Source of the DNA: a bacterium
GTDB lineage: Bacteria > J088 > JAWLBW01
Length of the DNA: 64,000 nt
Assembly: GCA_041690355.1 (NCBI GenBank)
Contig: JAWLHK010000022.1
Span: 1-64,000, forward strand
Direction: 5' to 3'
The notes beneath the pieces were generated by a model. That model worked only from the letters and a program-made list of their open reading frames with translations, had not been told where the DNA came from and searched no databases. Positions within the stretch are counted from its first letter, which is position 1. Every line of letters starts with the position of its first letter. The position numbers and the translations under genes are program-made. Positions 19,197 to 28,942 of the stretch are shown piece after piece.

Positions 19197-19816
19197 GACG
19201 GATTTCCTTTCCTGACGGGCGCGAGCCCGCGCATCTGAATTTCGAGGAACGAACGTAGAAGGCTGGTGCGCGCCGTCTTGAAATCGGCGGCGCCGTGCAA
19301 CCAGGCGCTGAGCGCATTGAAATAGAGGCTGAAGGCCATCCGGGCGACGAACGGCGCCGGGTAGTCTGTCCCCAGGCGCCCGGCGGCCTGCTCGGCCTCG
19401 AAGAGCGGAATCATGCGCGCCTGGAAGGAGTCGCGGAAGCGGGTGCTCTCGTCGAACATTTTTCCGCCCCGCACAAAAAATTGCGCCTTGACGAATTCCC
19501 GCGCGAGATCGGGCATCGGGCGGTAGACGTCGAAGAGCGCCCCGAAGACGTGCAGCAGCTGATCGATCAGCGGCCTGTGGCCCGGAAGCCGGGCAAAGGC
19601 CTTGTCGACGGCCGCCGAGATCCGTTCCTGGAATATCAGCGCGAGGAGTTCGGGCTTGTCCTGCACGTAAAGGAAAAGGGTTCCCGTGGCCACGTCTGCG
19701 GCCTCGGCGATCTCCTTCGTGGTGGTCTGCTCGTACCCCTTTTCGAGGAAAAGCGTGAGGGCCGCCTCGCGGATCCGCCGTTCCTTATCCTGCCTTGCCT
19801 GTTCTCTTCGCCCCAT
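19193..19816 (-). CDS. TetR family regulator
   Basis: N-terminal HTH (F..KGY..TT..EIA..A.VA.GTLF.Y); 4-bp overlap with monooxygenase. Confidence 0.9.
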   Translation of the reverse strand: MGRREQARQDKERRIREAALTLFLEKGYEQTTTKEIAEAADVATGTLFLYVQDKPELLALIFQERISAAVDKAFARLPGHRPLIDQLLHVFGALFDVYRPMPDLAREFVKAQFFVRGGKMFDESTRFRDSFQARMIPLFEAEQAAGRLGTDYPAPFVARMAFSLYFNALSAWLHGAADFKTARTSLLRSFLEIQMRGLAPVRKGNPS

Positions 19817-19834
19817 ATATGACCACGCTCAATA

Positions 19835-19877
19835 ATGACTATAGTCATAATATAGCACGCGAAACAGATGCCGTCAA
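19835..19877 (-). promoter_or_regulatory. Sigma70-type promoter and TetR operator
   Basis: TTGACG-17-TATATT on minus; perfect palindrome ATGACTATAGTCAT 19835-19848. Confidence 0.75.
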
Positions 19878-19949
19878 GGCGCGTAGCAGCGCTTTGTCCG
19901 GCAGGGCCTTGGGAATATCGGGTTCCGGAAATCGAACGGAAGCGGAGAG

Positions 19950-20609
19950 TCAGGAACGCCCGGCGGGGCCGTCGGGCCGTGGCCAGAGCAGGAAGCCGCC
20001 GGCCGCCACGCCTGCCGCGGGCGCAATCCAGCCGAAGCGCATGGCGTCTTCGAGGCGGGTGAGCATCTCGGCGCCGGCAGCGCCGCCAGCGAGGAAGATC
20101 AGGCCGACGACCGAGGCGCCGACGATGGATCCGAGAAAGAAGGTGACGAACGGAACCCCCGCCGCGCCGAGCAGCAGGTTCTGCAGGGCGAAGGGGACCC
20201 CCGGAATCCACCGGGAGAGCATGGAGGCGAGGGCGCCGTGCTTCGCGATGCGGGCCGCCATCACGCTCGCCTTGGGCGATTGCTGCGCCCACTCGGCGCC
20301 CAGCCGGTTGCCGATCAGGTAGCCGACGACGCACGCGCTCAGCATGCCGGCAAGGACGATGGGGAACCCGGAGAGGCCGTAGACCGCGCCGGCGAACAGG
20401 ACCGCCGGCGCGACGGGGAAGACGACAATCCCCCCGAAGAGCACCGTGGCGTAAACCACCCAGGGGGTCGCCGGCCGCTCGGCGAGCGCGGCCAGCCAGG
20501 CCACGGTATCCTCGGCGGATACCGCGCGGCCTTCAAAGTACACGAGTGCGAAGGCGCCGAGCAGCGAGCCCAGAAAGAGAAACGCGCCCAGTCGCCTTCG
20601 CGCTGTCAT
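19950..20609 (-). CDS. DedA/TVP38 (VTT) family membrane protein
   Basis: TM helices, G..YG, R..PG.PF..N..G, GS..G. Confidence 0.8.
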   Translation of the reverse strand: MTARRRLGAFLFLGSLLGAFALVYFEGRAVSAEDTVAWLAALAERPATPWVVYATVLFGGIVVFPVAPAVLFAGAVYGLSGFPIVLAGMLSACVVGYLIGNRLGAEWAQQSPKASVMAARIAKHGALASMLSRWIPGVPFALQNLLLGAAGVPFVTFFLGSIVGASVVGLIFLAGGAAGAEMLTRLEDAMRFGWIAPAAGVAAGGFLLWPRPDGPAGRS

Positions 20610-21472
20610 GCGGCGAACTCCGCCTCGACGAGGGCGACCTTGTCGGGGTCGCAGTAGTTCGGGTTGATGTCCTTCTGCGAGAGCAGATGGCGCACCAGGG
20701 CAAAGGGACTTTCGGGCAGACGCTTCATGTACCGCATGGCGCTCGGCAGCGCGCCGAAGGTCTCCTCGGCCAGCACGAAGTTCTTGTCTGCGCGGGCCTG
20801 GTCGGCACGGCGGCGCAGCTCGGGCGTTTTCGGGTCGCGCCGATAGTTCCGGAGATACGCAAGCAGGCGCGTATGGTATTCCGGATCCTCGACGATGGCG
20901 CCGATGGTGCCGGCTCTGGGGTGCGTTCCGCGAATCATGGCGTCGGTCTGGGCTTCGAGCTCGTCGATACCGTCTTCGAACATATCGAGAATCTGGAGAT
21001 CATACAACGGATTGGCGTGCACGACCTGCAGAATGTGCCCGATAATCGTATCACGCTCTGAAAGAACGCCAATCGGATCGATGAGCGAGACGGGGTCGTC
21101 GAAGAAGCGCAGCACCTGGTGAAAGCCGAAGTGGATGCCCCGCGATTCGTAGTAGTCGCGGGCGCCGGGCGAGATGAAATAGCGCACCATGTCGAGGCCG
21201 CCGGCGATGAGCTGGCCCGTGGTGGGCACCTCTTCCATCAGTCCGAGCTTGTGGAGCCGATCGATACGGCGGCGCACTTCACGCCGGTTAAGCAGGGTGC
21301 CGAGGGTGCGCGCAAAGCGCATCCCCTTTCCGTACCACTGCGCCGGGCCGCCCATGGCTTTGAACAGCAGGACAAGGGGCGAGGTGGTCTGGCGGGCCGT
21401 TTTTTCGTCGCTCGCGGCGTAGGCTTCTTTGGGTTTGCGGAGGATGCGTTCCGCGGTCTGCGTGGTTTCCAT
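20606..21472 (-). CDS. Hypothetical protein
   Basis: Long ORF coupled to TetR and DedA genes; no family recognised. Confidence 0.75.
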   Translation of the reverse strand: METTQTAERILRKPKEAYAASDEKTARQTTSPLVLLFKAMGGPAQWYGKGMRFARTLGTLLNRREVRRRIDRLHKLGLMEEVPTTGQLIAGGLDMVRYFISPGARDYYESRGIHFGFHQVLRFFDDPVSLIDPIGVLSERDTIIGHILQVVHANPLYDLQILDMFEDGIDELEAQTDAMIRGTHPRAGTIGAIVEDPEYHTRLLAYLRNYRRDPKTPELRRRADQARADKNFVLAEETFGALPSAMRYMKRLPESPFALVRHLLSQKDINPNYCDPDKVALVEAEFAA

Positions 21473-21488
21473 GGTTCCCCCCGTTGGG

Positions 21489-22106
21489 TTATTCGAGAAC
21501 GGCGGCCAGCGCGCCGGTCGTCATGGCGACCAGCGTCCGGGTGACGGTTTTGCGTTGTACTTCGGGATTGAAGAGGCACTGCAGGCCGAGCCGGAGCCAG
21601 AGGGCCAGCAGTCCCTGAATGATCAGATCGATTTCGTGTACCGATTTCCGCGCCGGCGCGACGCCGGCCAGGAGCTGCCGCAGCGCCGCCTGCATCTGGG
21701 GATTGACCCCGAACTGCAGGGTTTCGAGGGTCATCCCGCCGGCCGCCTTTTCGGCATAGACGCGGATGAAATCGCGATTGGCTTCCCAGTAATCGAGAAA
21801 CAGGTCGGCGAGCTTCTGCACGATCTTCCGCACGTCCCCCGCGCCGGCTTCGCCGAAGAGGGGCGCGAGGTGCGCCACGAACCCCTCGTTGAATTCGGTC
21901 AGCATTTCGTCGAGCAGGGCGTCCTTGTCGGCGAAGTGCACATAGAAGGTTCCCTTGGCTACGCCGGCGGCTTCGGTGATGTGATCGATGCGCGTGGCCG
22001 CGAACCCCTGGCGTCCGAAGAGGCCGACGGCGGCGTTCTTCAGCGCGTGCCGGGTGGCTTCTTTCTGGGCGGTGCGGGTGGGGGAGTCGTAAAGGGTGGC
22101 GGTCAT
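21489..22106 (-). CDS. TetR family regulator
   Basis: GVAKGTFYVHFADK HTH. Confidence 0.92.
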   Translation of the reverse strand: MTATLYDSPTRTAQKEATRHALKNAAVGLFGRQGFAATRIDHITEAAGVAKGTFYVHFADKDALLDEMLTEFNEGFVAHLAPLFGEAGAGDVRKIVQKLADLFLDYWEANRDFIRVYAEKAAGGMTLETLQFGVNPQMQAALRQLLAGVAPARKSVHEIDLIIQGLLALWLRLGLQCLFNPEVQRKTVTRTLVAMTTGALAAVLE

Positions 22107-22124
22107 GGCGTGCTTTTGGTTCGG

Positions 22125-22165
22125 TGACTTGAGTTCAGTGAATCATGGTCAGCGAATGGCGTCAA
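22125..22165 (-). promoter_or_regulatory. Putative promoter and tandem TetR operators
   Basis: Two TGA-N7-TCA sites (22125-22137, 22139-22151); TTGACG -35 on minus at 22160-22165, weak -10. Confidence 0.45.
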
Positions 22166-22196
22166 GGGATTTTTATCCCGAGCGGATGCCGGCCGG

Positions 22197-22282
22197 GGAG
22201 CGGGGGAGTGGGGGAGGGGGAGAGGGGGGGATCCGACAAGGACCGACAAGGACCAGCAAGGACCAAGAAGGACCCGGCAAGG
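22197..22282 (+). repeat. G-rich element copy 1 plus 10-mer array
   Basis: GGAGCGGGGGAGTGGGGGAGGGGGAGAGGGGGGGAT then ~5x GACCRRSAAG-like units ending GGCAAGG. Confidence 0.85.
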
Positions 22283-22558
22283 CCGCTCGCCGCCGGAGGC
22301 CGAACGCACCCCGGAAGCACTGTCCCCCCGAGCGGCAGTGAGGGGGCTATCCTGGTGCACTGGTGCACAGAACGTCAAGATTGGCTGCGCTGGCGCCGAA
22401 GCGGCCACGTGCTCGCCGCATGCAGTGAAGGGCGAGGGTGCACATGCGGCGTCAGGGCGGCCCATTGCCTCGACGCGGCCGCGTCGCGGCTATCCTGCGC
22501 TCCGAAGCGCGCACGGCAGAACCTTTCCGCGTGCTGGAACCGCGAACGAAAAACTACA

Positions 22559-23308
22559 TCACTGCCTTACCGCAGAGAATCGCAGCCGCACGTAATCGGC
22601 ATGCCAGCGTCCCTCCGGGCTGCAGAGCACCGGCCGAAGACGTTCGACCACCTCGGCCAGAAACCGCGGCCGCTCCGCCGCGGGAAGGGGGGCGGTGAAC
22701 GGTTGGGCAAACGTCTCGAGCCACGCGCCCACGTCTCCGGGCAGGGGCGTGGGGCGGGGGATGAGCTCCATCGTTCGCACGGCGAACCCCGCGGCTTCGA
22801 GCAGCGCCTGGTAGTCCTCCGGGCGCGGGTAGTACCAGGGGTTCCGTACCGGAAAGCCCCGGGAGATCAACGCAGCTTCCAGCGCGCCCACGATGGCCGC
22901 GACATTTCCGTGGCCGCCGAATTCGCCCACGAAGCGCCCTCCGGCCTTGAGTGCGCGATGAACACCGGCGATGACGCGCTCGGGACGTTTCATCCAGTGG
23001 AGCGCCGCGTTGGAGAACACGGCGTCGAACTCCTTCGCAAACGGGAGGTTTTCTCCGTCGACGACGTGCGCATCAATCCCCCGCTTGCGCGCGGCCTCGA
23101 CCATCGCCGCGCTCGCGTCGACTCCGATCACCGTGCACCCGCGTTCCACCAGCGTCAGGCTCAGCACGCCGTCGCCGCAGGCAAGATCGAGAATCCGCTC
23201 CCCCGGCTGCGGCGCGAGCAGCTCGACCACCGGCATGCCCAGGTCGGAGACGAAACGCGCATTCCGGTCGTATTGCGCAGGATTCCACTTCTGGGGATTG
23301 GACGTCAT
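22559..23308 (-). CDS. Class I SAM methyltransferase (Tam-like)
   Basis: WNP..Y, ILDLACGDG, FDAVFSNAALHW, ADYVRLR. Confidence 0.9.
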   Translation of the reverse strand: MTSNPQKWNPAQYDRNARFVSDLGMPVVELLAPQPGERILDLACGDGVLSLTLVERGCTVIGVDASAAMVEAARKRGIDAHVVDGENLPFAKEFDAVFSNAALHWMKRPERVIAGVHRALKAGGRFVGEFGGHGNVAAIVGALEAALISRGFPVRNPWYYPRPEDYQALLEAAGFAVRTMELIPRPTPLPGDVGAWLETFAQPFTAPLPAAERPRFLAEVVERLRPVLCSPEGRWHADYVRLRFSAVRQ

Positions 23309-23404
23309 GAGGCGCCTCGCGGAACAGGAACGCCATGCCCCTTCGCGCCGCGGATGTTCTTCGGGACGGCCAAAGGGCGCACCATGAATCCCCGCGCGGA
23401 ATCT

Positions 23405-23893
23405 CTAAGCGTTCCCCGAATAGGCGCGACTCAGATTCCCCTCGACTTTCTCGAGCAGTTCCGTGAGCCGCTGCTGGTCCCTCTCGGACAGTCCGTCGAG
23501 CGCCGTTGACAGCGTGAGAAACGCGAGGGGCAACAGCTTCTGCATGAGGTCCATGCTCTCCTGGGTCAGCGAAAGCAGGATCGAGCGGCGATCGTCCGGG
23601 GCGCGCTCGCGCTTCACGTACCCCTTTTTTTCGAGTCCGTCGAGAAAGCGCGTGAGCGTCGTGCGGTCACGGAAGGTACGTTCCGCCAATTCCCCATGCC
23701 GCAGCGAGCCCGCCTGCAGCAGCACGAGCATGACGGCCCATTCTTCGATCTGTACCTCGAATCCAGCCTCGGCCATGCGGCGCTGCATGGTGCGCTGCAG
23801 AAGAATGGTGACGCGGTTCACGCCCTGCCCGAAGCGGATGGGGAGGGGCGGCAGATCGGCGGCAGGCGGTCGTTTGGACTTCCGGTTTGGCAT
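23405..23893 (-). CDS. MarR family regulator
   Basis: ELA...DRTTLTR.LD.LE.KG.V.R...DRRS. Confidence 0.9.
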   Translation of the reverse strand: MPNRKSKRPPAADLPPLPIRFGQGVNRVTILLQRTMQRRMAEAGFEVQIEEWAVMLVLLQAGSLRHGELAERTFRDRTTLTRFLDGLEKKGYVKRERAPDDRRSILLSLTQESMDLMQKLLPLAFLTLSTALDGLSERDQQRLTELLEKVEGNLSRAYSGNA

Positions 23894-23926
23894 TCGGTTC
23901 GGCAACAGGAGCGCGGTCGGACAAGA

Positions 23927-25090
23927 TTACAGCGTAACATGCGCGGGGCCGTCGGCGTAGAGGCGTGTGCGCGGATGAAAGCGCGCCCACCCGAACCAGT
24001 ATTCCTCTGAGACGCGCACCATGCGCAGAGGCGCGCCGCCGTTCAGCGAGCGCCCGCGCAGATCCCACCGGTTCCCCTTCGCGTCGGCAATCACGCCGTT
24101 GTGCACGTCCGGCTGCTCGCCTGCCACCGCATGCGGAAAGTGGAATGCGGCGACCGTCCCCTTGCGCAGCACGACGAGCAGCTTCGAATCGGGGTCGAAA
24201 AGAAAGCCCCGCTGCGCGAGTGCCGCTTTGCGCCATGCCGCCGGCCCGTCGACCGTTTCAATGCCGAGGATCATTTCCCGCGCGGGGAGGCGGGTGTCCA
24301 TCTCGGCGCGGCGGATGCCGGGGACAAATTGCGAGGCGAGCATTCTTTCCATCATGCCGGGAACGGGGAGGGTGAAGGGGAGCAGCTCTTTGGGCGTGAA
24401 CGTGATGACCTCCAGGTCCGGCTGCGAGGCGAGGGCTTCGTCCCACGTGAGGATCTCGGCGAACAGCAGCGGGAGCGCGCGCGGATGAAGCGGGCCACTC
24501 ATCGACTCTCCGGTGGCCTGCTGCCACCAGGTGTACGTGCCGACGTCGGAGAAGACCATGTTGCCGTTATAGAGCGTGGCGACCTCGAGCGGTCCCACCC
24601 CGGTCGTGTCGAAGGTCACCGCCGTATGGCACATGGGGCAGAAGGTGACGGCGATTTCCCGTACGCCGAGCCGATCGTTCACGACGTGATGCTGCGCCAC
24701 ATAGTTCAGCGGATAGGCCCGCCGCAGCCCATCCAGTTCCACCAGAACCACGCGCGTATCGCCTGGGAGGCGCGCACGCATCTCTGCAGTCGCCGGGCGC
24801 GGGTAGTGGACCGCGCGAAAGATCTGTGAGGCGTGAATCTTCCATCCGGCCAGCACAAGCAGCAGTTGCGCTGCGACCCAGCCGGCAAGAACACCCGTCG
24901 CCATGCCGAGAACCGAACCCAAGAGGGCGCTGCTGAGCGCGAGAATGAAAAGCAGCGGAACCCGCGCGCGCGCGTGGACCCGAACGAGACCGAGCGGCCA
25001 GGGAATGATGGCGTAGAGCGGCATGAAGAAGGCGATGAGCGCGGCGATCGCCATGTGGGCTGCGACTGGCGTCGCGACAGGGAGTTCCAT
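23927..25090 (-). CDS. Membrane-anchored DUF3179-like protein
   Basis: 3 N-terminal TM helices; RAYP, HHVVND, TFCPMC, WWQQATG, YWFGW..FHP.T. Confidence 0.75.
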   Translation of the reverse strand: MELPVATPVAAHMAIAALIAFFMPLYAIIPWPLGLVRVHARARVPLLFILALSSALLGSVLGMATGVLAGWVAAQLLLVLAGWKIHASQIFRAVHYPRPATAEMRARLPGDTRVVLVELDGLRRAYPLNYVAQHHVVNDRLGVREIAVTFCPMCHTAVTFDTTGVGPLEVATLYNGNMVFSDVGTYTWWQQATGESMSGPLHPRALPLLFAEILTWDEALASQPDLEVITFTPKELLPFTLPVPGMMERMLASQFVPGIRRAEMDTRLPAREMILGIETVDGPAAWRKAALAQRGFLFDPDSKLLVVLRKGTVAAFHFPHAVAGEQPDVHNGVIADAKGNRWDLRGRSLNGGAPLRMVRVSEEYWFGWARFHPRTRLYADGPAHVTL

Positions 25091-25146
25091 TGAACGTTGT
25101 GCCCTGGGGGCACTCCTTGGAAAGCGGGAAGACGCTTAGTTGGGAT

Positions 25147-25202
25147 ATGTGCTAAACACACATTAGTATGTGTAGGTTACACATGTAGTCGAGGCGCGTC
25201 AA
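25147..25202 (-). promoter_or_regulatory. Sigma70 promoter with two 17-bp palindromic operators
   Basis: TTGACG-17-TAACCT on minus; ATGTG-N7-CACAT at 25147-25163 and 25168-25184. Confidence 0.7.
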
Positions 25203-25320
25203 GGGCCGGCCATGTCCCTGCGCCGGGCCGTCGCTCCGACCTCGGCCTTGAGCCGGTTTCTCCCCGGTGGTATCGTCTGTCAGCGCCCGGCCTCCCGAAC
25301 GGCGCGCCGAGAGATGAATC

Positions 25321-27009
25321 ATGACCACCGCACTCCGGCTGCGAGCCGCGCTTCGACCGATCCGTTCTGCCCTGCTCACCGCTTGTGCGCTATTCGTCGG
25401 CTGCGGCTCGCCTCCCACGGGCGATCCGCGCAGGACCGCGACGGAGGCCACCTATACCGTGGGCGGATCGGTGACCGGTCTCGAGGGTACCGGGCTCGCC
25501 CTCGTGCTGAACGGACAAGCCCCGCTCGGCGTGACCGGGCCCGGTGCATTTCGCTTTGCCGAACCGCTGCCCGACCGCGGTGCCTGGTCGGTCGGCGTAT
25601 CGAGCCATCCGCATTCGCCGCGCCAGCGTTGCGCGGTTACGCCGGCGTCGGGTGTCGTTGCGGGCGCTGACGTGAACGGCATCCGGGTGCATTGTACGAC
25701 CGAGCGGTTCCCCCTCGGCGGAACGATTGCCGGCCTTGCCGGCAAGGGGCTCGTGCTTTCGCTGAATGGGGGCGCGCAGACCGTCTCGCCCGCCGCGCTC
25801 GCGAAGGCCTTCACGTTCCCGGCGCCGTTGCCGGATGGCGCGCCCTTCCGCGTGACCGTTGCCGCCCAGCCCCACGCTCCTGCGCAGACCTGCCAGATCG
25901 GGAACGGCGTGGGCCAGATCGCAGAAGACATGGTCGTCGCCGTCGTGTGCACGACCGATGCCGAACCCCCGCCCCCCGAACCGCCTCCCCATGATTTCAC
26001 AAAGCTCACGCCCGCATGCTTCACCGGCGGCGAGTTTCCCCAGCTCGACTTCGGCGGCCCGGTCACCGACTGGACCTGGAACGATCCCCATGTGATCAAA
26101 AGGGACGCGGAGGACTACGTTCTGTACGCGTCGGCGACCGACTTCTTTACCTTTCCCGTGCGCCTCTACCGGCTGACCTCGACCGATGCGACGACGTGGA
26201 CGCTGAATCCGAACGTGACCGTCGAGCAGGGCATTCTTGCCGACGCCGAGCCCGGCGCCTGGGATGCGGGGGGATTGGAGACACCGGCCGTCGTCTTCTT
26301 CAACGGACAGTACCATCTCTTCTACACGGCCTACCGCTACCCGAACGATTCCACGCAGCACTCGATTCTGAACTATCGAATCGGGCACGCGGTCTCGGCG
26401 GACGGCATTACGTTCGCGCGGGCTTCGACGGCCCCCGTGGTCGCGCCGAGTTCACCGGACATCACGGCGGAGAACGCCTGGCGGGCCTACGTGGTCGCCG
26501 AGCCGGGGCCGGTCGTTTTCAACGGCGAGCTCTATCTGTATTTCACCGCCCTCGGCATCGATTTCGATCTGGGAACGAGCCTCCAGATTCTCGGCGTCAT
26601 CCGGACAAGCGACGGCGTTACCTGGTCCGAGCCGGAGCCGGCCCTCAGGCCCGCTCAGGATCTCTACCCGCGCGGCAACGACTGGATCGGGTACTCAACC
26701 CCGAACGCGATCGTCCTCGACGACCGCATGCATCTCTTTTTCGACGTTGCCCACCAGCCCGACGGGGGCGACTGGAAGCAACTTCGCCTGCACCACGCCT
26801 CCTCGACCGACGGGGTCGGCGGGTGGGTGCACGATGCCGAGGCGATCCGCGCGGCAGGCGACTTTGCGTGGGCGACAGAAGAGATCCGCGCGCCCCACGC
26901 GCTTCTGGACGGCGATCTGCTGCGCCTCTATTTCGCGGGGCACAAACTCAATGCCGATCCGTTCCACTTCGGCATCGGCATGATGACCTGCGACGTGGGG
27001 CGCGACTGA
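25321..27009 (+). CDS. Lipoprotein with two beta-sandwich repeats and a five-bladed beta-propeller (GH32/43-like fold)
   Basis: Lipobox FVGC; repeats YTVGGSVTGL / FPLGGTIAGL; blades NDPHV, ETPAV, EPGPV, STPNA, RAPHA. Confidence 0.7.
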   Translation: MTTALRLRAALRPIRSALLTACALFVGCGSPPTGDPRRTATEATYTVGGSVTGLEGTGLALVLNGQAPLGVTGPGAFRFAEPLPDRGAWSVGVSSHPHSPRQRCAVTPASGVVAGADVNGIRVHCTTERFPLGGTIAGLAGKGLVLSLNGGAQTVSPAALAKAFTFPAPLPDGAPFRVTVAAQPHAPAQTCQIGNGVGQIAEDMVVAVVCTTDAEPPPPEPPPHDFTKLTPACFTGGEFPQLDFGGPVTDWTWNDPHVIKRDAEDYVLYASATDFFTFPVRLYRLTSTDATTWTLNPNVTVEQGILADAEPGAWDAGGLETPAVVFFNGQYHLFYTAYRYPNDSTQHSILNYRIGHAVSADGITFARASTAPVVAPSSPDITAENAWRAYVVAEPGPVVFNGELYLYFTALGIDFDLGTSLQILGVIRTSDGVTWSEPEPALRPAQDLYPRGNDWIGYSTPNAIVLDDRMHLFFDVAHQPDGGDWKQLRLHHASSTDGVGGWVHDAEAIRAAGDFAWATEEIRAPHALLDGDLLRLYFAGHKLNADPFHFGIGMMTCDVGRD

Positions 27010-27039
27010 CCGCTGGCGCCGCTCACGCCGCCGACGTGG

Positions 27040-27555
27040 TCAGCATGCGGGGAGCCCGCCACGCATCCGGATGACCGGGAAGCGCACGCCCGGCGCCAGC
27101 TCCAGGTCCATGCGGCGCACCCGCTGCAGCCCGAGGGCCGCGTAGAACGCTTCTGCATTCAGGCTCGCAAAGCACTCGAAAGCGTGCAGGCCGGCCGCCG
27201 CAGCTTCTGCAGCGCAGCGCTCGAAGAGGGCGCGGCCGACCCCCTTTCCGGCCCACGCGGGGTGGGTCGCAAAGTGGCGGATGTGGGCGAGACCGCCTTC
27301 CCGTTCGCCGGTTCCGGGTCGTACTGCCGTCCACCCGCCGCACCCGATGATCGATCCGGCGGCCGACGAGGCGAGGTAAAACGTGCCGGACGCGAGAAGC
27401 GCAGGATTCGCCCTCGTCATGTGAGAAAGGGCGGGCGCGAGCACGGCCGGCTCATAGGCCGCGCGCATCAACTCCGGGTACGACGCCTGCAGCAGGGCGT
27501 CGACGGCGGGCCCGTCGGCGGGCGTCGCCGGGCGGATCATGAACGGAGTCTGCAT
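27040..27555 (-). CDS. GNAT family acetyltransferase
   Basis: IRPAT, FATHPAWAGKGVGR, NAEAFY..LG. Confidence 0.88.
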   Translation of the reverse strand: MQTPFMIRPATPADGPAVDALLQASYPELMRAAYEPAVLAPALSHMTRANPALLASGTFYLASSAAGSIIGCGGWTAVRPGTGEREGGLAHIRHFATHPAWAGKGVGRALFERCAAEAAAAGLHAFECFASLNAEAFYAALGLQRVRRMDLELAPGVRFPVIRMRGGLPAC

Positions 27556-27623
27556 ACCCCACAGCGTATCAGATGAAAGCGTTCGTTTGCGCCGCGGCTT
27601 AAGAATTGGTAGTACTAACGGCT

Positions 27624-28418
27624 ATGCGCGTCATGAGCTTGCCCCTTCTGTTTGCCGCTGCGTTCTCTGTCGCAGTCCCGCTCGCGAACGACGCGGCGGC
27701 GTCCGGTATGCTGGACAAGGCGAACCGCTATCGGCTCGCCGATCTCGATCAGCCCGCGAAGCTCGTCGACCACCTCATGCTCTACGCCGCCGCCTTGCGG
27801 GAGCAGCCGAGCTACGAAGCGGCCTGGAAGGCGGCGATGTGGTCCTACTACGTCTGGCAGAAGGCCGCGTCGAAAGAAGAACGCGAATCCGTGGCGAAGG
27901 CCGGCGTGAAGTTCGCGAAGAAAGCGACGGAACTCAATCCAGACGGCGCAGAGGGGTGGTTCTGGTACGGCGGTAACCTCGCCATCTACGGACTCTCAAG
28001 GGGAATCCTGGATTCCCTGCATCTCGTGCCCGACGTCGAGCGTTCGCTGAAGCGCAGCATGGAACTCGATTCCCGGTACTACGAGGGGGCGGCCGAGCGC
28101 AACCTGGCGCGCGTCTACATGATGCTGCCGGGCCGGCCGATTTCCATCGGAAACGATGCGCGGGCCAAGGAGATGCTCGACCGGAGTCTGGCCGCCTATC
28201 CCGATTTTCCGCTCACCTACATCTACCTCGCCGACTGGCACTGGAAAAAGAACGAGTTCGAAGCCGCCCTCGCCATCCTGGATCGAATTCACCGCCTGCC
28301 GATGAAGACCGAGGGGAACGCCTTTTTCCTTCCCTGGGCGAAGCGGGTGGCTGCGAAGGTCCGCCCGCGCATCGAAAACCGGGAACCGCGCGGGCTGCTC
28401 GACCCGATGGTGGAGTAA
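27624..28418 (+). CDS. Exported TPR-like protein
   Basis: Signal peptide; helical repeats (A..LNPD.AE..FWY; SM.LD..Y). Confidence 0.7.
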   Translation: MRVMSLPLLFAAAFSVAVPLANDAAASGMLDKANRYRLADLDQPAKLVDHLMLYAAALREQPSYEAAWKAAMWSYYVWQKAASKEERESVAKAGVKFAKKATELNPDGAEGWFWYGGNLAIYGLSRGILDSLHLVPDVERSLKRSMELDSRYYEGAAERNLARVYMMLPGRPISIGNDARAKEMLDRSLAAYPDFPLTYIYLADWHWKKNEFEAALAILDRIHRLPMKTEGNAFFLPWAKRVAAKVRPRIENREPRGLLDPMVE

Positions 28419-28441
28419 ACGCGGTTCCGCTCGCACGGCAT

Positions 28442-28870
28442 TCAGGAGGCCGGAGGCCCCCGGAACAAGCCGCTCACGGCCAGCGCGGTGACCATGACTC
28501 CTATCGCGCCCCCGAGCCCGAAAGCGACCCGGCACGGCGTCTCGCCGGCGAGCGCGGGTACGTTCACCGCGCATGCGAGCGGCTCCTGAAAGAAGGCGAT
28601 CCAGAGCGGGACGGCGGTCATCGCCGCCAGCACGGCCACAATCAGTCCGAGGTAAACGCGCGGAGAAACCCGCCCGTAGAGGCCGATGGCCGCCCCCGCG
28701 AACCCGAAGACGGCGCAGGCGGCCAACCCGATTTCCAGGGGAACTTTCAACTTCGCGGGCTCGCGCAGGATCAGCCCGGCGGCGAGCAGGCCGACGGCAG
28801 CCACGGCGGTGCCGAGAAGCGCTCGTTTGCGCGGCGGGACATCCTCGATGCGCTGATAGATCCGGGCCAT
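28442..28870 (-). CDS. Hypothetical membrane protein (4 TM)
   Basis: Hydrophobic segments. Confidence 0.65.
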   Translation of the reverse strand: MARIYQRIEDVPPRKRALLGTAVAAVGLLAAGLILREPAKLKVPLEIGLAACAVFGFAGAAIGLYGRVSPRVYLGLIVAVLAAMTAVPLWIAFFQEPLACAVNVPALAGETPCRVAFGLGGAIGVMVTALAVSGLFRGPPAS

Positions 28871-28942
28871 ACTGTGTGAGCGTAGCAGAATTCCGGGAAC
28901 GCGTCCGCCGCGTCCTTCTGTCCGCGGCAGGGCCAGCGCTCG

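Noticed and set aside
22283-22558. Cys-rich small ORF in the intergenic gap
   Set aside because: No convincing start, SD or family resemblance in any frame.
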